The notes: generated from the sequence alone by a model not told the origin. Positions 49,131 to 60,384 are shown, numbered from the stretch's first letter. The stretch is 64,000 bases of DNA from a virus (IMGVR_UViG_3300037067_021615:38662-102661), one strand, 5' to 3'. Numbers and translations: made by a program.

Positions 49131-49768
49131 GTTGATTCATCTATAATATGCAAATTTTTTTTAATCCAATGTTTATTATAAAAAAAATCAAAATCATTAT
49201 TAATTTCAGTAACATTGCCATCACAATCTGTTACGGCCTCATTGAGACCATATTTTAATTGTTCAACTATTTTTTTTCCTGTTTGATTTAAAGTTAAAGT
49301 AGTAAAAATTAATTGCTGATTAACAACGTATTCAATATAATCATTTGGAGGAAGTGTCTCTATTTTCAGCCACACTGAGCATCCACTAAAAGTAATAGGA
49401 ATATTATTAATAATATATTTGCCTCTTAATTTACTATATATATTCATAAAAGGCATATATTTATTAATTATATGATTAGAATATGTTGTGCATAAATAAT
49501 CTTGCGAACTTAAACTTGGAGATTGATATACTGTTATTTTTAAATTATCACAATTCCAAGAATATGAATCTATTGCTCCATATATAATAAAATTTCTACT
49601 TTCATTTCTTTCTTGGTCATAAAATTTAGTTAAATCAAAAATATTATCATATTTATATGGGATAATTTCCTTGTTATCTCTTGAAAGGTTTATATCAACA
49701 TAAAAGTCCTCCAGATTTCTGGATAAAATATCTTTGTTTCCTAATAATATTTTTTTTCTTATATCCAT
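47876..49768 (-). CDS. Virion protein with duplicated C-terminal module (copy B)
   Basis: Distinct N-terminus (FYDQERNES..IYG), shared C-terminus. Confidence 0.7.
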   Translation of the reverse strand: MDIRKKILLGNKDILSRNLEDFYVDINLSRDNKEIIPYKYDNIFDLTKFYDQERNESRNFIIYGAIDSYSWNCDNLKITVYQSPSLSSQDYLCTTYSNHIINKYMPFMNIYSKLRGKYIINNIPITFSGCSVWLKIETLPPNDYIEYVVNQQLIFTTLTLNQTGKKIVEQLKYGLNEAVTDCDGNVTEINNDFDFFYNKHWIKKNLHIIDESTKWIGNENTKTCEMSNALFRGRNVGVYNTGNHTFGEVIEVYKINEQPTGKAEENIPSSLNYIAPFPSNGACPIPEEYTFNFHVVLTPTNDNTFTTAPINNVKTEVFPNDTLFREGEVISGANLNTSSYWNFEGFAINNKSITTTDETFKISIRENTVIRAIMSEITPYSIIYTKDFINCSGVFTPGINSVPIIDNLVPDRKKYYNGEPVSFSVLQRIEASTFPYRLTLFTINGIEQKIYPTQLGGQTFNFTMTEDKIMYFKYEQGTILIVKQKFMPKSPGGHPTFYNSIGPTVKFIGVNQTNDIIFDEKFGDQFKSAGCNAEFKRIECVPGDPIPDENGGYIVSTTGWTVNSIRKNGENLTFSIINNTLPNPPDNPNVGAIIMSPFPTQNLLDFNSSDETVVIEIIWQQDGNNGIEYD

Positions 49769-49788
49769 ATCTTAATTTTTAAATATTA

Positions 49789-52700
49789 TTAATATTGAGA
49801 ATCAACTAATTGACAAAGAGGAGTTTCCCATTGTGCACCATATTGTATTCTTACAAGTGGATATCCAGTAATCCAATCTCCATTCGGATTATGTCTTTGT
49901 CCTTTAGACCAATATAGTTCCATTGCACCACCATTATTTAATCTTCCAGTTGTATCAGTATTGCGATATGTATATGATGTTCCATCTGAATAAGCCGCCA
50001 TATTATCTTGTTTTCCAGGATTACAGAATATTCCATTTATATTAAGTATATCACCATCACGTTCACGCATACTATTTGTATCTTTTAGCCATCCATAATT
50101 ATCAAAATTTTCATAATAATAAATATATACAGCTCTCCATATAGTATTTGCATTATATACACTACCACGAGTAGAGTCAGTCGCATCAAATATGCAATTA
50201 ACATTACATTTATCTTTAATTGGAATTTCATGAATTTTTTGCCCACTTCCATATCCAGGCCATGCAGCTGAAACTTTAAAGGTTATAGATGTCTTTGTAT
50301 ATTTATTATTAGTTTCATCATAAGAATAATTACCTTTTGCCAATATACTAAAATTTATCATACTCTTTCGAATTGCAGCTGGATTAATTGAGCCATAATT
50401 TCCGTTGAAGAAGACTAATGATTGCCCAACTTCTATAGTGTGAGAAGTATCAGTATCTCCGTTCGAATAAATTGTAATATGTAATGGGGCTTCTCCTGTA
50501 TTTTTAATTTCTAAATTTACAAAATATTCTTCATTATTATAACTTCCTATAATATCACTATGATGTGGTCTTACTCTTTCATTTTCATCCCTGGACACTG
50601 TGAATCTAAATTCCTCGATAATAAAATAGGTATAAGTAGGAACAACAGGCTGTATAGTATCATAAGACACTCTAGAAGAACCTTCAATTATTCTATATAT
50701 ATTTAATTTATCGTTAATCAAAGGTTGAGCAATATCTTTTTTACTTAAATCCATTGAGATTCTTTTTCCACGATTTAAAACAGAATATGAATTGTATTGA
50801 TTTACTTTAGGAATTAAATTCCACCATCCTGACATTGTTAAATCTTCAATTGATGAATATCCCTTATTATATACTTCTGGGTAGTTTACTAAATCTACTT
50901 GTGTTAATAAAAGAGCTATTAATCCAGTTGGAACTGGGGCTAATCTTGGCATACTAGATGGAAATAAATAATATCCATATCCAGCCTCTAAACGTTGGTA
51001 TTTTTCTGCACTTAAAACAGTTGATGTAGCTCCAACCCCACCATTAAAATTGTCTATCCCATTAAAATATCCATTTGCATAACATCCAAAATACTGATTT
51101 TGTCCAAATTGTCCAGCTCCAATTGGTTCATATCTATACATATCAGTATTTATTGCACCTCCAATAACATCAGTTGCAAAATCAGTATATTGCTCTATTC
51201 CGCCCATCCATGATATTCCCCATCCATTATAACCTCCATCTAACCAAGAATGCCCTGGAATTAAGTCCCCATCTGCAAATCTTGGAGATTCCAAATTAGG
51301 TCTTTCAATTCCATAATAATTTGTAAAATTTTCTATTTTGGGTGGTTTTGGAATGGAATATGGCTCTGGATAATTTTTACTCCATGCTTTTTCATATGGA
51401 AATTTATTTAAATTAACTCCTTTCCCCCATGCAGAATTAGAATTATCAGATGATTCATTAATGCTTAAACTATAAATTTCTTCATATAACGAACAATGGA
51501 AATGGTCCCTATCATACCACCCCCTTTCATTGTTTGCAGAAACTAAAGCCATTCCAGTTGTTCTATATAATTCAGTTTCTTTTGTTAAAAATATTTTCAA
51601 TTGATAACCCCCCAACCAAACTCCTCTTAAGTATGGACTATTTTGTGGCTCTCCAAATTTATTTGTTTTATACCCCTCATCATCATAAATATTTGCAGGA
51701 AGTTTAATTCCATGAAATCCGTATGTATAAAAAGATGCTTTATCTTTAATTTGAGAAAATTCATTAGCCCATTCCCATTGTTGTTCAGAATTTTTATCAA
51801 GTATATTCTGAATTTCTACCATTTGAATTCTTTTTGATGGGTAAACTTCCATTTTATCAGAAATAGTTTCAGCATTTTCAAGTTTTTTTATATCATATCT
51901 ACTCATATCTCTAACTTGAACTGTTAAAGGCGCTCTGGAAATTTCTTGATATGCTGAACTATCAATAGGATTTCCTTTATATGTAATTGGAGGAAATATG
52001 TAAGTAATCCATTTTCTTAAATCTAAATTAATTGAAATATTTACTTCTGTATATCCAGTTTGGAAGGAATCTCCCCAACTTGGTACAACGTCTATTGGAA
52101 TTGCTCGATAAAAATAATGTGGAATAGTATCTATAGATATATTTTCAAAATTTGGTGGATATGGAAAAAAATTTAAAGCTACTTCATCTTTTGTAAGCCC
52201 TTGTTTTAGCAAATCAACTTCAAAAAATAGCATTTGTGGGCCAGTTTCTATGTTGTGTAATATAAATTCTCCATTTTCATTAGTATATACCACATTAACA
52301 AAAGTTGGATGTAAATTAATTCCATCTAAAGGTGCTCTTTTTAAAAATTGATTATCAAATGATACAGATTCTGAATTAAAATAATATGATGAATATTCTG
52401 TTGTATAAGTGTCTTCAGTAGATTTTAATGGCCTAAAATTTAATCTTATTCTATTTCCTTCATTATCTAAATCATTTACAGTTTGAAAATCTGTAGATGA
52501 AACAAATATCCCTACAGGGACATTTCTTAGGGGGATTCTAATTTTATTCCCATTTGTGTCTGATATTTTTTGTATTGCTTCTAATTTACCAAAAACTACT
52601 CCAGTTGTTGATTCTCTAGTTGAATATTCTCCAGAAACTTTATTGTATATATTTAGAGTATCTAAAACGTCAAAAGTTCTTTCTAATTTAATATTTGCAT

Positions 52701-53169
52701 ATAAATCATCCAATAATGTTTCTTCAAAAAAAACATATGATGTAGTTCCAGCAGTAAATTGAGTTTCCATGGAACTTAAAAACCTGTTTCTTATAGAATT
52801 TGTTTGTAATGAAGAAGGTGGTAAATCATAAATTTGAGTAAATGTTCTACCTGAAATATAATTTAAATTTGGGAATAATGTATCTTGTACATAATCCATT
52901 CTTGCTTCTGAATCATTATAATTTTTTTGATGGGTATTCCTTTTCCACAAAACAGTAAAAGTATTCTGTTCTACAGACACACTTTCAGTATTTTTAATTA
53001 AAGATACCCCATCAAAAGTATTAAGTTCTATTGGAATATTTTTTGTTGAATTAAGTTTTATAACAGCAGGAATAGTAGATATAGAATAATTATTTTCATT
53101 AATATCTGTATTAAAAAAATGAACGGTGGTTCCAGTTCTACTTGCTTTTATTAAAATTTCCTCTTGCAT
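49789..53169 (-). CDS. Large baseplate/tail structural protein
   Basis: GVVFGKL..IPLRNVPVGIF..TNENGEFIL Ig-like segment; adjacent to baseplate J. Confidence 0.65.
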   Translation of the reverse strand: MQEEILIKASRTGTTVHFFNTDINENNYSISTIPAVIKLNSTKNIPIELNTFDGVSLIKNTESVSVEQNTFTVLWKRNTHQKNYNDSEARMDYVQDTLFPNLNYISGRTFTQIYDLPPSSLQTNSIRNRFLSSMETQFTAGTTSYVFFEETLLDDLYANIKLERTFDVLDTLNIYNKVSGEYSTRESTTGVVFGKLEAIQKISDTNGNKIRIPLRNVPVGIFVSSTDFQTVNDLDNEGNRIRLNFRPLKSTEDTYTTEYSSYYFNSESVSFDNQFLKRAPLDGINLHPTFVNVVYTNENGEFILHNIETGPQMLFFEVDLLKQGLTKDEVALNFFPYPPNFENISIDTIPHYFYRAIPIDVVPSWGDSFQTGYTEVNISINLDLRKWITYIFPPITYKGNPIDSSAYQEISRAPLTVQVRDMSRYDIKKLENAETISDKMEVYPSKRIQMVEIQNILDKNSEQQWEWANEFSQIKDKASFYTYGFHGIKLPANIYDDEGYKTNKFGEPQNSPYLRGVWLGGYQLKIFLTKETELYRTTGMALVSANNERGWYDRDHFHCSLYEEIYSLSINESSDNSNSAWGKGVNLNKFPYEKAWSKNYPEPYSIPKPPKIENFTNYYGIERPNLESPRFADGDLIPGHSWLDGGYNGWGISWMGGIEQYTDFATDVIGGAINTDMYRYEPIGAGQFGQNQYFGCYANGYFNGIDNFNGGVGATSTVLSAEKYQRLEAGYGYYLFPSSMPRLAPVPTGLIALLLTQVDLVNYPEVYNKGYSSIEDLTMSGWWNLIPKVNQYNSYSVLNRGKRISMDLSKKDIAQPLINDKLNIYRIIEGSSRVSYDTIQPVVPTYTYFIIEEFRFTVSRDENERVRPHHSDIIGSYNNEEYFVNLEIKNTGEAPLHITIYSNGDTDTSHTIEVGQSLVFFNGNYGSINPAAIRKSMINFSILAKGNYSYDETNNKYTKTSITFKVSAAWPGYGSGQKIHEIPIKDKCNVNCIFDATDSTRGSVYNANTIWRAVYIYYYENFDNYGWLKDTNSMRERDGDILNINGIFCNPGKQDNMAAYSDGTSYTYRNTDTTGRLNNGGAMELYWSKGQRHNPNGDWITGYPLVRIQYGAQWETPLCQLVDSQY

Positions 53170-53210
53170 GCTAATGGTTAAAAATAATGTTTTAAATAAG
53201 CTATTTATAA

Positions 53211-55112
53211 TTATGCTACACGAACTTTAATCTCTTTTTCATTATATCGAATTTCAAACATTGAAACGGGTGTACTATATATAGCATTATCAATTGGCTC
53301 TATTTGAGTTTTAAAAACACCCGAATTAATATCTTGTATTCTCTCTCCAGTTGCTTGAGAGCATAGAACTGAAGAATAAATCCCTCCTTCCAAATTATAA
53401 AATCTTATATCTACAACATTAATAACACCAGGAACTTCTCTCAAAACATCTGTTAATTGTGATATATATATATGTTGATTCATTTGCCAATTATCAATAT
53501 TAAAAAATTCTTGAATTTTTGAAATTGCGTTTAATTTTACTTCACTTCCATTATATGTTTTATCTATAAACAAATCTGCTTGAACTTCTAAATTTATAAA
53601 TTTTCCATCATTAATTTCCACAAAATCATTAATCATTCTATAAGGAGTAAGGTATGTTACTAAATTTCTTTTTATTTCTCCTGTTGAAATTGTATTTAAT
53701 TTTCCATTTGCATCTTTTGTTAAAATATATAGAATAATTTTATTATCACTTACCTCTCCATAAATTCTAAATGGACCTCCAAATTTTCCAGGAATTTGAT
53801 ATGCTCTTGAAATATAATCTTCTAATGTCACACATCTTTCTTGAGATGCAAAATTTGATGCGATAAAGTTTTTTATTTCACTAACAGTTGGTAACCCCCT
53901 TCCTCCTATTGCTGGAATTGGATTATTGGTTCTTATCGATGATAAAACTGCTTGATTAATTTGTGAGTCTGACCCTAAAATTACCCCATTTATATTACTG
54001 ACTGATTGCAACACTCCTTGGCCAACATTGCTTAAAGGACCACCACCAATTCTATATTTTATATATAATGTTGAATTGCCTGGTACTATTTCTCCCAATG
54101 ATGGATTTAGTAATAATGATGATACATTTAAATTTGTGGTTATATCACAACAATTTTTATTTGTTAAATTTGTTAAATAATCTTGATATGAATTATAATT
54201 TTCGTATCCTCCGCCGAAAGTTAGCTTGCAACTTCCATCAGACATAAATTCTTTAATAAATCTTTTAAAAATTTGTAAATATTTTCCTATTTTTACTCCC
54301 CCAGTAGATGGCTCACTATCATCTTCCACAAATATTTTATCTGTTGCCAAATAATCAACTTCCCAATATCTTTTAGAAGTATTATGAAAATCTTCATATG
54401 AAGGAGTTTTGTTTAGTCCAATACCAGACTCAATTATAACATCAACTATTTCCAAAACATTGTTTTCTGGTAAAGTAACTTGCATAAATGATTTTTCCTC
54501 TCCAGAAGCAATTTCAATTTTTAAAATTTTAGAAACCCCTGCTTTTACAACTTCTCTTTTTAAAATTCTATATTTTATAAGGTCTTGATTACCATTTAAT
54601 ACAGGTTGAATAGTTCTATTAGGTATTCCTTCTTCACTATAATCATTTGAAAAATCTACATCATAAACAGTTTCAAAAGTTTGTCCTCCTCCTCTAATTT
54701 GAAGTCCTGGTCTTAAAATTGGAGCATATGTATAATCTGGGCCATTTGCTGTTGTTGGAACTTCTACTGTTATATCTACAACAGTAAGTGCCGGCCTTAC
54801 TCCGGGGACTTTAAATCCAAAAGTTTTAGCCATTTTATATACAGAACTTCTTTGCTGCACTCCATCTATAAAAAGTTCATTATATTTTTTATCAATTGAA
54901 AAAGACAATAAATCTCCCACATATGCATTTAATTCTAAAAGCGCCATGCCTGGAGAAGCAACATTAAAATCTTGCCATTGTTCTGGAAAGAATGCTTTTA
55001 AATAATTAATCAAATCTGTTCTTATTGTTTGAAAATCTCTACTCAAATAGTTTATTTGTTTAGTGCCTACTACTGATTGAGAAAATTGTGCATTTAAATT
55101 TAAATTTGCCAT
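53211..55112 (-). CDS. Baseplate wedge protein, T4 gp6/P2 J-like
   Basis: YLSRDFQTIR, AYVGDLLSF, YRIGGG..N, QERCVTLEDY. Confidence 0.9.
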   Translation of the reverse strand: MANLNLNAQFSQSVVGTKQINYLSRDFQTIRTDLINYLKAFFPEQWQDFNVASPGMALLELNAYVGDLLSFSIDKKYNELFIDGVQQRSSVYKMAKTFGFKVPGVRPALTVVDITVEVPTTANGPDYTYAPILRPGLQIRGGGQTFETVYDVDFSNDYSEEGIPNRTIQPVLNGNQDLIKYRILKREVVKAGVSKILKIEIASGEEKSFMQVTLPENNVLEIVDVIIESGIGLNKTPSYEDFHNTSKRYWEVDYLATDKIFVEDDSEPSTGGVKIGKYLQIFKRFIKEFMSDGSCKLTFGGGYENYNSYQDYLTNLTNKNCCDITTNLNVSSLLLNPSLGEIVPGNSTLYIKYRIGGGPLSNVGQGVLQSVSNINGVILGSDSQINQAVLSSIRTNNPIPAIGGRGLPTVSEIKNFIASNFASQERCVTLEDYISRAYQIPGKFGGPFRIYGEVSDNKIILYILTKDANGKLNTISTGEIKRNLVTYLTPYRMINDFVEINDGKFINLEVQADLFIDKTYNGSEVKLNAISKIQEFFNIDNWQMNQHIYISQLTDVLREVPGVINVVDIRFYNLEGGIYSSVLCSQATGERIQDINSGVFKTQIEPIDNAIYSTPVSMFEIRYNEKEIKVRVA

Positions 55113-55122
55113 TTTTATTTTT

Positions 55123-55503
55123 TTAAGATTGAATTACTAAATCTATAGAAACATTATCTTCTACTTTTAAATCAATAATAGTATAATAAAGCGTTAGATG
55201 TAAAAGATGAGCATCTTCATCAAAAACAAATTTTATGTTCTTAACTTCTATTTCTGGAAAAAACTCTATAAGTTTTTGCTTTAATTCACTAATTAAACTA
55301 GCCTCACTTAATTCATCCCATATTTCCATAATATAATTATATAAAGGAGAATATAAAGAATTATTCATAACTCTATGCCCCTTTTTTAAGGTAAGAAATG
55401 ACGTTAAATTAGCTTTTATAGCATCAATATCTATTTCTGTATATCCAAAAATTCCACCTTTATTTGTTTCTGTAAATGGAAAATTTATTCCTAATGACTG
55501 CAT
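55123..55503 (-). CDS. Baseplate gp25/GPW-like protein
   Basis: GINFPF, IKANL..LT.KKG.RVMN; late motif 55521-28. Confidence 0.85.
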   Translation of the reverse strand: MQSLGINFPFTETNKGGIFGYTEIDIDAIKANLTSFLTLKKGHRVMNNSLYSPLYNYIMEIWDELSEASLISELKQKLIEFFPEIEVKNIKFVFDEDAHLLHLTLYYTIIDLKVEDNVSIDLVIQS

Positions 55504-55613
55504 AATTTGTTTATTTTAAATATAAATATTCTTTAAAAAAAAATAAACATTTATATTTATCATTGAGCATCTGAAAAAACAATAAAATAAGATATTTATA
55601 AAAAAAAAAGAAA

Positions 55614-57032
55614 ATGTCAATTTTTAGAATTTATCCATCAAAAAGCAATACAATTGCTGGAAGTACTTTCAGCAGCTTAAACTCAGGACAAAACGCTGTA
55701 ACAGATTTATGGTATGGTGGAGGTGGAACAGATACTGCTCCAGATAAAAGAAACTCAGTGAGTAGATTTATGATTAATTTCGATTTATCTAGTTTACAAC
55801 AAAAAATTAGTAATAAGGAAATTAATGACTCTTTAATAACATCATATAAATTAAAATTAAAAAATTCAAAGCCAAGAGACCTGGTTTTAGAAGACGATTA
55901 TGAATATGATATTTTATTTAAAAAAATAGCTACTTCGTTTGATTTAATTTGTTTTCCAGTAAATAAATATTGGGAGGAAGGAAGAGGATATGATTTAACC
56001 AAAGAAATATATATAGTAAAACAAAAAGGTAATGCACAATATTCTGGAGTTTCTAATTGGAATTATGCAACATCAACAATAACTTGGGACCAGCCAGGAA
56101 TATTTACAAACCCAACAGCTTCTACTTCTTTTAATTCTACACAACATTTTGATAAGGGTGATGAGGATATTGATATGGATATAACAGATATTGTTAGAGA
56201 TTGGTTAAGTGGTGGGTCAGAAAATTATGGTCTTGCAATAGCATATAGAAGAGATTATGAGTTACTAAGCACAAATACAAGATATATTTGTTCATTTTTT
56301 ACAGAAAAGACAAATACAGCATTTAAGCCATATATAGAAGTTTCTTATAATCAGGTAATTCAAGATGACAGAAAACAAATAACAAATAATAGACCATCTA
56401 ATTTATTTTTATATACTTTTAGTGGTCACAATTTTGTAAATATAATAAATATTTCGGCGGTAACAGTTGATATAAAGAAAGGGGCAACTACTGTTTACTC
56501 TGGATTAATACCTTCTCAATTATCTACTGGAGTATATTATATAAATGTTTGGATGTCTGCGGCAACAATTGGAGAAAAATACACAGATGTTTGGAATAAT
56601 ATAAGTTTTAGTAATTATGATAATCAAAATATAGAACAAACTTTCCAAATACAAAAAAATTATTTTACATCAGTAAAACCATCTATAAATGAATATGTTC
56701 TTGAGACATATGGAATTGAACAGGGTATGACAGTATTTCAAAATGAAAAGCTAAGAGTTTATTGCGATTTAAGAGTTAGTTTTAGCATTCAAAAACCATC
56801 AACTCCTTACTCTTTACAATATAGACTAATTATGAATAATCAAACAGAAATTATTCCATGGACAGAAGTTAATCAAGCGGTAATAGATGATTGTAAAACA
56901 AATTATTTTGATATTGATGCTTCTTGGCTATTACACAATCAAACATATCAAATAAATTTTAAAATAAGTGAAATGGGAACAAATAGAATTATGCCAGAAA
57001 AAATAGATTTAAAAGTGCTAAAACCTTTTTAG
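55614..57032 (+). CDS. Virion protein with DNRLRE-like domain
   Basis: SRFMINFD..W..PG..MDITDIVRDW..NYGL..PYIEVSY; late motif 55593-600. Confidence 0.65.
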   Translation: MSIFRIYPSKSNTIAGSTFSSLNSGQNAVTDLWYGGGGTDTAPDKRNSVSRFMINFDLSSLQQKISNKEINDSLITSYKLKLKNSKPRDLVLEDDYEYDILFKKIATSFDLICFPVNKYWEEGRGYDLTKEIYIVKQKGNAQYSGVSNWNYATSTITWDQPGIFTNPTASTSFNSTQHFDKGDEDIDMDITDIVRDWLSGGSENYGLAIAYRRDYELLSTNTRYICSFFTEKTNTAFKPYIEVSYNQVIQDDRKQITNNRPSNLFLYTFSGHNFVNIINISAVTVDIKKGATTVYSGLIPSQLSTGVYYINVWMSAATIGEKYTDVWNNISFSNYDNQNIEQTFQIQKNYFTSVKPSINEYVLETYGIEQGMTVFQNEKLRVYCDLRVSFSIQKPSTPYSLQYRLIMNNQTEIIPWTEVNQAVIDDCKTNYFDIDASWLLHNQTYQINFKISEMGTNRIMPEKIDLKVLKPF

Positions 57033-58351
57033 TTAACTCTAATATGATTAGATATAAGATTTTGTAACCAGCCGTCAACGGTATATTTTTTTAATTCTTC
57101 TGATAAAGAAGTTTGTAATAAAGGTTTCTCTGGAGTGTGAATATGGTCAAGTAATAATCTAATTATTAAATCAAGCACTCTAATATTTTCATCTCCAAAT
57201 GTAACAGGATGAAGTGAATCTGAAATTTTTTCAAAAGATTTTAAGTCTGCATTTTTTTCAAAAGGTTTTATATCATCACCTCTGAATTTGCCTCTAGGAG
57301 AATAAATGTTAATATTTGTAGAAATTAATGTTGCTTGAGAATATTTTTTTAATAAATTTTGATTATCTATTAAAGGTGGTGCAGTTATTGAGGGTGTTGA
57401 TATTATATTATAATTTGCTGGTAAATTTTTAAATTCCTCTGTAGTAGAAGCAAAACTCCAATTTTTATATTTTTCTTTCGCTTCTTTAATTTTTTCATTT
57501 AACCACACAACAGTCTGGTCTCTATTAATATAAGTATTTGTTTCGTTTTTTAATTCAAAATTATTTTTTACTTCTTTAATAATTATTGTTCCAGCAAATC
57601 TACTATTAGTATCAATTTTAATATCAACATTAATACTATTAATTATATTTGTAGAAGTTACTGTTGAAATTATTTCTGTATTTGTATTATCAAATTGTTT
57701 TAATTTTAAATAAGAAGGACATTCTATGTTTATATCAAAATTCTGACTACTAAATTTTCCAGCAATAAGTAATGCCTCTCTATTTTTTAATATTAAATCA
57801 GCATCATTCCTTCCTTGGATTGCCACATCAGAATCCTCTGGAAAAACTTTAGAAAGTTCTATAGAACTTCCAATTTTTGTAGTTGATATAAAATTTGTTT
57901 TATTAAAAATTTTAGCAGAATCTTCATAGGATTGATATTTTAATTTCAATTTCGAAGACACAATAGGACCAATCCAATATCTAACTCCTGTGTTATTTTT
58001 TGGATTTTCCATTATAACAAAAACCATTTCTCCGACTTGAGGTCTTACATGAAAAAATTCTGGCAGAAGTGGAACACATAAAACTAACATATTATCTGTT
58101 ATTCCCCTATCTTTACCAGAATAATTGTTATAATTTTCTTCATTAGCAGAAGATGATTTTCCCTTTATTTTTCCATCATCTTCCAAAGAAACTATTCTTG
58201 CTCGTATTCTATTTTGTTCTGAATTATCATTAGTGCCATATGGCACAACAATAGCTGGATATATAATTCTATTGCTTTCTATTTCACTTCCATAATTACC
58301 TTGACCAGAATTTTGAAGGGCTCTTTGCGCTAATAAATCATCTTTTGGCAT
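57029..58351 (-). CDS. Baseplate hub/spike protein (gp5/gpV-like OB fold)
   Basis: RIRARI..PLLP..PQVGEMV..YWIG; C-terminal HIHT apex-like motif. Confidence 0.7.
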   Translation of the reverse strand: MPKDDLLAQRALQNSGQGNYGSEIESNRIIYPAIVVPYGTNDNSEQNRIRARIVSLEDDGKIKGKSSSANEENYNNYSGKDRGITDNMLVLCVPLLPEFFHVRPQVGEMVFVIMENPKNNTGVRYWIGPIVSSKLKLKYQSYEDSAKIFNKTNFISTTKIGSSIELSKVFPEDSDVAIQGRNDADLILKNREALLIAGKFSSQNFDINIECPSYLKLKQFDNTNTEIISTVTSTNIINSINVDIKIDTNSRFAGTIIIKEVKNNFELKNETNTYINRDQTVVWLNEKIKEAKEKYKNWSFASTTEEFKNLPANYNIISTPSITAPPLIDNQNLLKKYSQATLISTNINIYSPRGKFRGDDIKPFEKNADLKSFEKISDSLHPVTFGDENIRVLDLIIRLLLDHIHTPEKPLLQTSLSEELKKYTVDGWLQNLISNHIRVN

Positions 58352-58353
58352 AA

Positions 58354-58512
58354 TTAGTTCTTTTTAATTTCTTCTACAATTTTTCTATATTTAAGTTCAA
58401 TTATATCCATATCATCTAATATATTATAAACTATTAACTTTAATTCAGCATGTTGTTCTGCTAATTTTTTAGCATCTTCAATTAACTCTTGTTGACTTTT
58501 TTTATTTTCCAT
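58354..58512 (-). CDS. 52-aa coiled-coil protein (missed by ORF track)
   Basis: MENKKSQQELIEDAKKLAEQHAELK...IVEEIKKN fills the operon gap exactly. Confidence 0.75.
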   Translation of the reverse strand: MENKKSQQELIEDAKKLAEQHAELKLIVYNILDDMDIIELKYRKIVEEIKKN

Positions 58513-58513
58513 A

Positions 58514-58930
58514 TTATCTTGCTATTCCTATTCCATCTTGGGCAGTTATGGTTGCTCCAACAGCAGCCACGGGACCACCTGCATTAGCTCCGTTTGCATT
58601 AACAGTACCACCTGGAAATATGCCAACATCAACTCTCATATCATTTTGTATTGCATCAATTATTTCTTCACATAAAACAATGACAAAAGCTTCCATTACG
58701 TTTTGTGCTCCATTTACAAGTGGACCACTTGGTAAACCAATTTCTTTAAATCTTGATACAATAGAGTTAGCTAAAACTTCAGCATTTAGTCCTGGTCTTA
58801 CCTTTTCAGCTAAAATTTCATAAACATTTAATCCTCTATTTATTTCAGAAGCATCATTAATAAAAGTTAGCAATAAATCTGCAGTTTCTTCGGCCACATT
58901 TAAACTTGAGTCTATATCTATAAATGCCAT
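58514..58930 (-). CDS. Putative baseplate/spike-associated protein
   Basis: Gly/Ala-rich C-terminus (GANAGGPV). Confidence 0.55.
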   Translation of the reverse strand: MAFIDIDSSLNVAEETADLLLTFINDASEINRGLNVYEILAEKVRPGLNAEVLANSIVSRFKEIGLPSGPLVNGAQNVMEAFVIVLCEEIIDAIQNDMRVDVGIFPGGTVNANGANAGGPVAAVGATITAQDGIGIAR

Positions 58931-58938
58931 AATAAAAA

Positions 58939-60384
58939 TTAAGTTATAGTTGGAACATTAATTACATTTTCTGAAGACTTAAGTGCTGGCATGATTTTCG
59001 TTATTAACTTAATTTGTCTTGCAGATTTATTGGCTTTTGCTGTTTGTTTACCTGGAATACTTGTTTCATATTTCTTTTTCATTTTTTCAATTTTTCTCTT
59101 AGCTCTTTCCTGTGCCCTTTTAGCTATGTATTTTTTAATCATTTTTTTTACTTTTTCAAGAACATATGCCAAAATAAAACCTATAGTCATATTTAAAATC
59201 AAATTGCATAGTATAGTCATTAAAGTAACTTTTTTCTTTTGCCCTGTAGTTAGGTTTTCTTTGTTATATCCTTTTATGATTTCACAACTTGTAGCTGGTA
59301 CGAATTCCCCAATTCTTTTTCCTGTTAATTGGTCGGTTGTAACAGAACCTGGAAATACTGAATTTAATAGTCCATCAGTTAGCATTTGTAATGCGGCAGG
59401 TGCCATTCCCTGTGCTTCACCAGGAACAGCTCCAATAATACCTACAAAAAAAGGACTTAATAAACAAGTAATAGAAGAAATTAATGTTTCTAAAAATTTT
59501 TGTGTAAAACTTTTTGCTCCAGAAGATGCATTCGATTGACTGTTTGCTCCTGTGGTTTGCTTTTGTATTTGATTTCCCACATAACTAAATACATTTGCCA
59601 TTGCCTCTTGAGGGGTTACTGTTTCAGACCCTTGAAATCCTGGAGGCACAGTTTTAAATAAATACATCGGGTCATCTGGTAAATTAATTTTAACCCCTTG
59701 ACAGGTAACTTGAAATGTTAAATTTCCATTTTTTACCTGTTCCATTTTCTGAAGTCTATTATATGATAAATCTCCAAAATTAATATTTGCTGGGCTTGAA
59801 ACGCTAAAAATTTCATCTCCACCACAAATCGCTTCATCAAGAAGTTCATTTAGTCTATTCTCATCATTTACTAAACCATTTGTTCCAAAAGCTGCTTCTG
59901 GCTTTTTTGGCTTTCCAAAAATAAGAATCATGAGTTCTTGAATAATTCTAGTTTTTAAAGCCTCTACCACTGTTGTAAGTGTAACTTTTATTATCCCAGA
60001 ATTCAGCCAATTATAATTTATATTTGTTAATTCTTTTTTTTGATTATCATTTAAATCTCCAGATGGCATGTCAAACATTACACTATTATCCAATTTTATC
60101 TTCATTGCGGTAGATAATTGAGCAGTACTACGCAATATTAATTCAACTAATTTTTCTGTTTTAAAAAGTTCATTGAGTAAAGCGGTAAGTAATAATTGGG
60201 GGTCAATTCCCATTGCTCTTAAAACTTTTATTAAATAATCAAACATAGACATTTCATCTTCTTTTTTTATTTTAAATTTTTTAAAAAAAGATAAATCAGT
60301 CAAATTTTTCATTGACCCAACTTGGGCAATCAACTTGGCTTGTGTCTCACTTAATGGTTGGTCTAAAGGTACTATATATGCCAT
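58939..60384 (-). CDS. Putative virion protein
   Basis: Long ORF in late operon. Confidence 0.6.
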   Translation of the reverse strand: MAYIVPLDQPLSETQAKLIAQVGSMKNLTDLSFFKKFKIKKEDEMSMFDYLIKVLRAMGIDPQLLLTALLNELFKTEKLVELILRSTAQLSTAMKIKLDNSVMFDMPSGDLNDNQKKELTNINYNWLNSGIIKVTLTTVVEALKTRIIQELMILIFGKPKKPEAAFGTNGLVNDENRLNELLDEAICGGDEIFSVSSPANINFGDLSYNRLQKMEQVKNGNLTFQVTCQGVKINLPDDPMYLFKTVPPGFQGSETVTPQEAMANVFSYVGNQIQKQTTGANSQSNASSGAKSFTQKFLETLISSITCLLSPFFVGIIGAVPGEAQGMAPAALQMLTDGLLNSVFPGSVTTDQLTGKRIGEFVPATSCEIIKGYNKENLTTGQKKKVTLMTILCNLILNMTIGFILAYVLEKVKKMIKKYIAKRAQERAKRKIEKMKKKYETSIPGKQTAKANKSARQIKLITKIMPALKSSENVINVPTIT

